Assembly (NCBI RefSeq): GCF_009914755.1
Contig: NC_060947.1
Reading direction: 5' to 3' (one strand)
Source: the human T2T-CHM13v2.0 reference genome, Homo sapiens
Length of the DNA: 64,000 bases
A model generated the notes under the pieces. The model ran no database searches and was not told where the DNA came from. It was given only the letters and a program-made list of their open reading frames with translations. Shown in pieces: positions 54,576 through 64,000 of the stretch (positions are counted from its first letter, which is position 1; every line of letters begins with the position of its first letter). The position numbers and the translations under genes are program-made.

Positions 54576-55860
54576 ACTTAAGATTTATGGGGGGCAGGGC
54601 CAAGGTGGATAACTAGAAGCAGTGGCAGTTGGAGGCTTCCAACAAAAAGATCCAAAACAGTGTGTGAATACTGCACCAGCAACTGAGGTATCCAGGTTTT
54701 GTCATTAGAACTGACTAGGTGGCTGTCATGACCCATGGAGAGGAAAGAAAAGCTGTGTAGTGCAGCAGACCACCTGAGAGCCACACAGGGCAGGAGAGTC
54801 CTCACCCCAGCCAAGGGAGGTGGTGAGTGGGCGTGCTACCCAGCCTGGGAAACCATGCTTTTTCCACAGAATTATGCAACCCACAGATTGGAAGATTCCA
54901 CTCAGGAGCCCATGCCACTGGGACCTTGGGTCTCAACTACAGAGCTGCACAGATTCTCAACACCCACTAGGCTGGAATCAGCCTAAGTCTGTCAAGTTCC
55001 TGGGGGAAGTGGTGGCCATCACCACTGCTGTGGCTGCCTGCAGTCTAAGCCATATTAGCTCCGTGGGGGAGGGACAGCAGCCAACTCTGAGGCTGCAGGG
55101 CCTCCAGCAGGAATTCCAACTCCAGCCAGGGGCTCAGGGACAGAACTCTAATCTCCCAGGGCATGAACCCTTAGGTGGAGGGGTGGCCATAGTCCCTTTG
55201 GACCAGCAGACTTGGTCTTTCCTTCTGCTAGCTCTGAGAAATCCAGGAACTCCAGAGGAGTGGGTTTCCCCCAGCGCAGCAGAGCCCCTCCACCAAGAGA
55301 CAGCCAAAGTGCCTCGTTAAATGGGTCCTGCTTCCCTGGCTACCCAACTGGGTGAGACCTCCCAACAGGGGTTGTCAGACATCCTTTACAGGAACGTTTC
55401 TACCAACATAAGTTCAGTGACCCTTGAGGTCAGAGATCACAGAGGGAGGAGCAGGCACCCACCTTTGCTATTCTCCAGCCTTCTCAAGTGACATCTCCAA
55501 GCATGGGAGCAAACCGGATGAATAGGGCCTGAAGTGAATCCCCAGAAATCCAAGGCAGTTCTACAGAAGAGGAACTTGACTATTGGGAAAAAAAAAAAAG
55601 AAAAAAGAAAACATAAAACAAACATACAAAAACAGAAAAGCAACAACAACAGAATCAACAACAACAAAAAATCCCCATAAGCAACTCCCTCCAAGATGGC
55701 CAAATAGGAACAGCCCCAGTCTACAGCTCCCATCATGAGTGATGCAGAAGATGGGAGATTTCTGCATTTCCAACTGAGGTACAAGGTTCATCTCACTGGG
55801 GCTTGTTGGACAGTGGGTGCAATCCACAGACTGTGAGCTGAAGCAGGTCAGGGCATCACC

Positions 55861-56118
55861 TCACCCAGGAATCACAATGGGTCGGGGAATTCCCTTCCCA
55901 GTCAAGGGAAGCCATGACTGATGGTACCTGGAAAATTGGGACACTACCACCCTAATACTGTGCTTTTCCAATCGTCTTAGCAAACGGCACACCAGGAGAT
56001 TATATCTCACACCTGGCTTGGAGGGTTCCACGCCCACGGAGCCTGGCTCACTGCTAGCACAGAAGTCTGAGATCAAACTGCAAGGTGGCAGCAAGGCTGA
56101 GAGAGGGGTGTCTGCCAT
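55861..56118 (-). CDS. L1 antisense ORF0 homolog, open 85 aa frame (expression unknown)
   Basis: MADTPLSALLPPCSLISDFCASS..VGVEPSKPGV..FSR aligns with L1 ORF0 MAGAPPPASLPPCSLISDCCASN..; gcaATGg Kozak context. Confidence 0.55.
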   Translation of the reverse strand: MADTPLSALLPPCSLISDFCASSEPGSVGVEPSKPGVRYNLLVCRLLRRLEKHSIRVVVSQFSRYHQSWLPLTGKGIPRPIVIPG

Positions 56119-56429
56119 TGCTGAGGCTTTAGTAGGTAAACAAAGCAGCTGGGAAGCTCGAACTGGGTGGAGCCCACTGCAGCTTAAGGAGGGCTGCCTG
56201 CCTCTGTAGACTCCACATCTTGGGGCAGGGCATAGCTGAACAAAGGGCAGCAGAAACTTCTGCAGACTTAAACATCCCTGTCTGACAGCTTTGAAAAGAG
56301 TAGTGGTTCTCCCAGCACGGAGTTTGAGATCTGAGAATGGACAGACTGCCTCCTCAAGTGAGTCTCTGACCCCTGAGTAGCCTAACTTGGAGACACCTCC
56401 CAGTAGGGGCCAACTGACACCTCATACAG

Positions 56430-56566
56430 CTAGGTGCCCCTCTGAGACGAAGCTTCCAGAGGAAGGATCAGGCAGCAACATTTACCATTGTGCAATATTT
56501 GCTATTCTGCAGCCTCCACTGGTGATACCCAGGCAAACAGCATCTGGAGTGGAACTCCAGCAAAGT
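56430..56566 (+). promoter_or_regulatory. Retained 129 bp 5'UTR segment reported to carry the ZNF93 repressor site (also at about 22490-22626)
   Basis: ..gaagcttccagaggaaggatcaggcagca..ctgcagcctccactggtgatacccaggcaaac.. is present; the youngest L1PA subfamilies lack it. Confidence 0.65.
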
Positions 56567-59500
56567 CCAACAGACCTGCAGCTGAGGGTCCTGACTGTTA
56601 GAAGGAAAACTGACAAACAGAAATTACATCACACGAAAACCCCATCTGTACGTCACCATCATTAAAGACCAAAGGTAGATAAAACCACAAAGATAAGGAG
56701 AAACTAGAGCAGAAAAGCTGAAAATTCTAAAAATCAGAGTGCCTCTTCTCCTCCAAAGGAACACAGCTCCTCACCAGCAATGGATCAAAGATGGATGGAG
56801 AACGACTTTGATGGGTTGACAGAAGAAGGGTTCAGATGATCAGTAATAACAAACTTCTCTGGGCTAAAGGAGGATGTTCCGACCCATTGCAAAGAAGCTA
56901 AAAACGTTGAAAAAAGATTAGACAAATGGCTACCTACAATAAACAGCATAGAGAAGACCTTAAATGACCTAATGGAGCTGAAAACCATGGCATGAGAACT
57001 ATGTGATGCATGCACAAGCTTGAGTAGCTGATTCAATCAAGTGGAAGAAAGGGTATGAGTGATTGGAGTTCAAATGAATGAAAAGAAGTAAGAAAAGAAG
57101 TTTAGAGAAAAAAGAGTAAAAAGAAATGAACAAAGCCTCAAAGAAATATGGGATTATGTGAAAAGACCAAATCTATGTCTGATTGGTGTACCTGAAATGG
57201 ACAGGGAGAATGGAACCAAGTTGGAAAACACTCTGCAGGATATTATCCAGGAGAACTTCCCCAACCTAGCGACGGAGGCCAACACTCAAATTCAGGAAAT
57301 TCGGAGAATGCCACAAAGATACTCCTCGAGAAGAGCAACTCCAAGGCACGTAATTGTCAGATTCACCAAAGTTGAAATGAAGAAAAAATGTTAAGGGCAG
57401 CCAGAGAAAAAGATCAGGCTACCCACAAAGGGAAGCCCATCAGATTAACAGCAGACCTCTCGGCAGAAACTCTACAAGCCAAAAGAGAGTTGGGGCCAAT
57501 ATTCAACATCCTTAAAGAAAAGAATTTTCAACCCAGAATTTTATATCCACCCAAACTAAGCTTCGTAAGTGAAGGAGAAATAAAATACTTTACAGACAAG
57601 CAAAGGCTAAGAGATTTTGTCACCACCAGGCCTGCCTTACAAGAGCTCCTGAAGGAAGCACTAAACATGGAAAGGAACAACCAGTACTAGCCACTGCCAA
57701 AAAATGCCAAATTGTAAAGACCGTCGATGCTAGGATGAAACTGCATCAACTAACAAGCAAAATAACCAGCTAACATCATAATGACAGGATTAAATTCATA
57801 TATAACAATATTAACCTTAAATGTAAATGGGCTAAATGCTCCAATTAAAAGACACAGACTGGCAAATTGGATAAAGAGTCAAGACCCATCAGTGTGCTGT
57901 ATTCAGCAAACCCATCTCACGTGCAGAGACATGCATAGGCTCAAAATAAACGGACGGAGGAAGATCTACAAAACAAAAAAAAAGCAGGGGTTGCAATCCT
58001 ACTCTCTCATAAAACAGACTTTAAAACAACAAAGATTAAAAGAGACAAAGAAGGCCATTACATAATGCTAAAGGGATCAATTCAACAAGAAGAGCTAACT
58101 ATCCTAAATATATATGCAACCAATTCAGGAGCAACCAGATTCATAAAGCAAGCCCTTAGAGACCTAAAAAGAGACTTAGACTCCCACACAATAATAATGG
58201 GAGACTTTAACAACCCACTGTCAACATTAGACAGATCAATGAGAAAGAAAGTTAACAAGGAGATCCAGGAATTGAACTCAGCTTTGTACCAAGCAGACCT
58301 AATAGACATCTACAGAACTCTCCACCCCAAATCAACAGAACATACATTCTTCTCAGCACCACATTGCACTTATTCCAAAATTGACCACATAGTTGGAAGT
58401 AAAGCACTCCTCAGCAAATGTAAAAGAACAGAAATTATAACAAACTGTCTCTCAGACCACAGTGCAATCAAACTAGAGCTCAGGATTAAGAAACTCACTC
58501 AAAACTGCTCAACTACATGGAAAATGAAAAACCTGCTCCTGAATGACTACTGGGTACATAACGAAATGAAGGAAGAAATAAAGATGTTCTTTGAAACCAA
58601 TGAGAAAAAAGACACAACATACCAGAACCTCTGGGACACATTTAAAGCAGTGTGTAGAGGGAAATTTATAGCACTAAATGCCCACAAGAGAAAGCAGGAA
58701 AGATCTAAAATTGACACCCTAACATCACAATTAAAAGAACCAGAGAAGTAAGACCAAACACATTCAAAAACTAACAGAAGGCAAGAAGTAACTGAGATCA
58801 GAGCAGAACTGAAGGAGATAGAGACACAAAAAACCCTTCAAAAAAATCAATGAATCCAGGAGCTGGTTATTTGAAAAGATCAACAAAATTGATAGACCAC
58901 TAGCAAGACTAATAAAGAAGAAAAGAGAGAAGAATCAAATAGATGCAATAAAAAATGATAAAGGGGATATTCCCACTGATCCCACAGAAATACAAACTAC
59001 CATCAGAGAATACTTTAAACACCTCTACACAAATAAACTAGAAAATCTAGAAGAAATGGATAAATTCCTCGACACATACACCCTCCCAAGACTAAATTAG
59101 GAAGAAGTTGAATCCCTGAATAGACCAATAACAGGCTCTGAAATTGCGACAATAATTAATAGACTACCAACCAAAAAAAGTCCAGGACCACATGGATTCA
59201 CAACCAAATTCTACCAGAGGTACAAGGGGGAGCTGGTATCACTCCTTCTGAAATTATTCCAATCAATAGAAAAAGAGGGAATCCTCCCTAACTCATTTTA
59301 TGAGGCCAGCATCATCCTGATAACAAAGCCTGGCAGAGACACAACAAAAAAAGAGAATTTTAGACCAATATCCCTGATTAACATTGATGCAAAAATCCTC
59401 AAAAAAATACTGGCAAACCGAATCCAGCAGCACATCAAAAACTTGTCCACCATGATGAAGTGGGCTTCATCCCTGGGATGCAAGGCTGGTTCAACATATA

Positions 59501-62210
59501 CAAATCAATAAACATAATCCAGCATATAAACAGAACCAAAGACGAAAACCACAGGATTATTTCAATAGAAGCAGAAAAGGCCTTCGAAAAAATTCAACAG
59601 ACCTTCATTCTAAAAACTCAATAAACTAGGTATTGAAGGGACGTTTCTCAACATAATAAGAGCTATTTATGACAAACCCACAGCCAATATCATACCGAAT
59701 GGGCAAAAACTGAAAGTATTCCCTTTGAAAACTGGCACAAGACAGGGATGCCCTCCCTCACTACTCCTATTCAACATAGTGTTGGAAGTTCTGGCCAGGG
59801 CAATCAGGCAGGAGAAAGAAATAAAGGGTATTTAATTAGGAAAAGAGGAAGTCAAATTGTCCCTGTTTGCAGATGACATGATTGTATATCTAGAAAACCC
59901 CATCGTCTCAGCCCAAAATATCTTTAAGCTGATAAGCAACTTCAGCAAATTGTCAGGATATAAAATCAATGTGCAAAAATCACAAGTATTCCTATACACC
60001 AATAACAGACAAACAGAGAGCCAAATCATGAGTGAATTCCCATTCACAATTGCTTCAAAGAGAATAAAAAATCTAGGAATCCATCTTACAAGGGATGTGA
60101 AGGACCTCTTCAAGGAGAACTACAAAGCACTGCTGAATGAAATAAAAGAGGACAGAAACAGATAGAAATACATTACATGTTCATGGATAGGAAGAATCAA
60201 TATCAAGAAAATGGCCATACTGCTCAAGGTAATTTATAGATTCAATGCCATCCCCATCAAGTTACCAATGACTTTCTTCACAGAATTGGAAAAAAAACTA
60301 CTTTAAAGTTCATATGGAACCAAAAAAGAGCCCACATTGCCAAGACAATTCTAAGCCAAAAGAACAAAGCTGGAGGCATCATGCTACCTGACTTCAAACT
60401 ATACTGCAAGGCTACAGTAACCAAAACAGCATGGTACTGGTACCAAAACAGAGATATAGACCAATGGAACAGAACGGAGCCCTCAGAAATAATACCACAC
60501 ATCTACAACCATCTGATCTTTGACAAACATGACAAAAACAAGCAATGAGGAAAGGATTCCCTATTTAATAAATGGTGGTGGGAAAACAGGCTAGACATAT
60601 GTAGAAAGCTGAAACTGGATCCCTTTCTTACAACTAATACAAAAATTAATTCAAGATGGATTAAAGACTTAAATCTTAGACCTAAATCCATAAAAACCCT
60701 AGAAGAAAACCTAGGCAATACCATTCAGGACATAGGCATGGGCAAGGACTTCATGTCTAAAACACCAAAAGCAATGGCAACAAAGGCCAAAATTGACAAA
60801 TGGGATCTAATTAAACTCAAGAGCTTCTGCACAGCAAAAGAAACTACCATCAGAGTGAACAGGCAACCTACAGAATGGGAGAAAATTTTTACAATCTGCC
60901 CATCTGACAAAGGGCTAATATCCAGAATCTACAAAGAACTTTAAAAAATTTACAAGAAAAAATCAAACAACCCCTTCAAAAAGTGGTCAAAGGATATGAA
61001 CAGACACTTCTCAAAAGAAGACATTTATGTAGCCAACAGACACATGAAAAAATGCTCATCATCACTGGCCATCAGAGAAATGGAAATCAAAACCACAATG
61101 AGATACCATCTCACACCAGTTAGAATGATGATCATTAAAAAGTCAGGAAACAACAGATGCTGGAGAGGATGTGGAGAAATAGGAGCACTTTTACACTGTT
61201 GGTGGGACTGTAAACTAGTTCAACCATTTTGGAACACAGTGTGGCAATTCCTCAAGGATCTAAAACTAGAAATACCATTTGACCCAGCCATCCCATTACT
61301 GCATATATACCTAAAGGACTATAAATCATGCTGCTATAAAGACACATGCACATGTATGTTTATTGTGGCACTATTCACAATAGTACAGGCTTGGAACCAA
61401 CCCAAATGTCCATCAATTGTAGACTGGATTTAGAAAATGTGGCATATACACACCATGGAATACCATGCAGCCATATAAAAGGATGAGTTCATGTCCTTTG
61501 TAGGGACATGGATGAAGCTGGAAACCATCATTCTCAACAAACTATCACAAGGACAGAAAACCAAACACCATATGTTCTCACTCATAGGTGGGAATTGAAC
61601 AATGAGAACACTTGGACACAGGGTGGGGAGCATCACACACCAAGGCCTGTCATGGGGTGGGGTGAGGGGGCAGGGATAGCATTAGGAGATATACCTAATG
61701 TAAATGATGAGTTAATGGGTGCAGCACACCAACATGGCACATGTATACATATGTAACAAACCTGCACGTTGTGCACATGTACCCTAGAACTTAAAGTATA
61801 AAAAAAAGAAAAAAAATACCATATTTTGTTTCCTAATAATAAACATTTATTGAATTCTTTAAAAAATAAAATAAATAAAATAAAATAAATCCCCATAAAA
61901 ACCTCATCCAAAGATCAAAACTAGACAAACTCATGAAGATGAGAAAGAATCAACAAGAGCAACAACAACAATAAAAACCGCTGAAAACCCTAAGAGATAA
62001 GAATGCCTCTTCGTTTCCAAATGATCACAACACCTTTTCAGCAAGGGCACAGAACTGGACATCGGATAAGTTGGACAAATTGACACAATTAGGTTTCAGA
62101 AGGTCTGTAATAACAAACTTCATTGAGGAAAAGGAGCATGTTCTACCTAATGCGAAAAAGCTATGAACATTGATCAAATATTAGAGGAGCTGCTCACTGT
62201 AAAACCAGTT

Positions 62211-62318
62211 AATGGGTGCAGGACACCAACATGGCACATGTATACATATGTAACAAACCTGCACGTTGTGCACATGTATCCTAAAACTTAAAGTATAATA
62301 ATAATAATATAAAAAAAG
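62211..62318 (+). mobile_element. ~110 bp L1PA3/4 3' tail insertion inside ORF1 of the older L1
   Basis: TSD aaaaccagtt at 62201-62210 and 62319-62328; agtt microhomology at the 5' junction. Confidence 0.93.
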
Positions 62319-64000
62319 AAAACCAGTTTAGAGAGGAATATAAATGACCTGATGAAGCTGAAAAATGCAGCATGAGAACTTCGTGAAGCATATGCAAGTA
62401 TCAGTAGCCAAATCGATCAAGCAGAAGAAAGAATATCAGAGACGGAAGACTACCTTGCTGAAATAAGGCAGACAGACAAGATTAGAGAAAAAATAATTTA
62501 AAAGGACAACAAAACCTCTGAGAAATACAGGACTGTGTAGAAAGAGAAAACCCACAACTGATTAGAGTAACTGAAAGAGACAGGGAAAATGGAACCAAGT
62601 TGGAAAACACACTTCAGGATATTATCCAGGAGAACTTCCCCTACCTAGGAAGACAGGCCAACATTCAAATTTAGGAAATACAGAGAATCCCACTAAGATA
62701 CTCCATGAGAAGGTCAATCACAAGACACATAATCATGAGATACTCCAAGGCCGTTATTATGGAAAAAATGTTAAGGGCAGCCAGAGATAAAGGTCAGGTC
62801 ACCTACAAAGGGAAGCCCATCAGACTAACAGCAAATCTCTCAACAGAAACCCTACAAGTCCAAAGAGAGTGGGAGCCAAGATTTGACATTCTTAAAGAAA
62901 ATAAGTTTGAACCCAGAATTTTATATCTGGCCAAACTAAGCTTCATAAGCAAAGAAGAAATAAAGTCCTTTCTAGACAAGCAAATGCTGAGGGAATTCAT
63001 CACCACCAGGCCTACCTTGCAAGAGCTCCTGAAGGAAGCACTAAATATGGAAAGGAAAACTGGTACCAGCCACTCCAAAAACACACCAAAATATAAATAC
63101 CAATGATACTATGAAGAAAAGGCATCAACTAATGTGCAAAATAGCCAATTAGCATCATGCTGACAGGATCAAATTCACACATAACAATATTAACATTAAT
63201 GTAAGTTGACTAAATATCCCAATTAAAAGACACAAACTGTCAAACTGGATAAAGAGTCAAGACCCATCAGTGTGCTGTATTAAAGAGACCCATCTCAAAT
63301 GCAAAGACACACATAGGCTCAAAGTAAAATGATGGAGTAAAATTTACCAAGCAAATGGAAAGCAGAATGTAGCAGGGATTGCAATTCTAGTCTTGGACAA
63401 AACAGACTTTAAACTAACAAAGATCAAAGAAGACAAAGAAGGACATTACAAAATTGTAAAGAAATTAATTCAACAAGAAGAGCTAACTATCCTAAATATA
63501 TATGCACCCAATACAGCACTCAGGTTCATGAAACAAGTCCTTAGAGACCTACGAAGAGACTTAGACTCCCACACTATAATAGTGGGAAAATTTAACACCC
63601 CCTGTCAGACAGATCAACAAGACAGTAAATTAACAAGGGTATTCAGGACTTGAACTCAGCTCTGGATCAAGTGAACCTAACAGTTATCTACAGAACTCTC
63701 CACCACAAAACAACAGAACATACATTCTTCTCAATGCCATATGACACTTACTCTAAAATCAATCACACAATTGGAAGAAAAATACTCCTCAGCAAATGCA
63801 AAAAAAAATGAAATCATAACAGTCTCTCAGACCACAGTGCAATCAAATTAGAACTCAGGATTAAGAAATTCATTCAAAACCACACAACTACACGGAAATT
63901 GAATAACCTGTTTCTTAATTGTTTCTGGATAGATAATGAAATTAAGGCAGGAATCAAAAAGTTCTTTTAAATCAATGAGAACAAGAAGACAAAGTACCAG

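Larger units (their letters stand above)
55681..61886 (+). mobile_element. Full-length L1PA5/4-like element, coding-dead, with a 3' transduction
   Basis: ccaagatggccaaatagg 5' end; ORF1 about 56693-57690 (ATG mutated to ATA, stops); ORF2 57781 to about 61608 (frameshifts); TSD aaatccccataa at 55669-55680 and 61887-61898. Confidence 0.96.
54588..64000 (+). mobile_element. L1PA8-10-like element (5'UTR 54588-55680; resumes 61899 through ORF1 and ORF2 EN to window end)
   Basis: ggggggcagggccaaggtgg..actagaagcag 5' end; ORF1 (62705 ORF) and EN fragments; continuous across the TSD of the nested L1. Confidence 0.88.

Noticed and set aside
57781-61608. Potentially active L1 ORF2
   Set aside because: Early frameshifting deletion near 57970 and many stops; ORF1 start codon is lost.

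Overview
Human genomic DNA; the human-specific AluYb9 at 32786-33086 is the strongest species marker. The window is AT-rich and about two-thirds LINE-1 by rough hand count, as in gene-poor or X-like regions. I found no host protein-coding gene, RNA gene or CRISPR array; nearly all ORF-track hits are decayed L1, Alu, HERV or Tigger frames. Main contents: several L1PA/L1MA elements, a deleted HERV-K(HML-5)/LTR22 provirus with a tRNA-Met primer site, a Tigger1 split by about 13 kb of L1 fragments, THE1 and MST LTRs, and MIR/L2 relics. The best signals are structural: (1) a 1.45 kb inversion carrying an L1 5' end plus its target-site duplication (TSD) and flank, next to a tail-less rearranged copy of the same L1; (2) an open antisense ORF0 in an otherwise dead full-length L1; (3) 3' transductions; (4) repeated ~90 bp duplications with templated junctions; (5) a candidate minus-strand exon. 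I found no convincing new biological system. Subfamily calls come from remembered consensus sequences and need RepeatMasker/Dfam confirmation.
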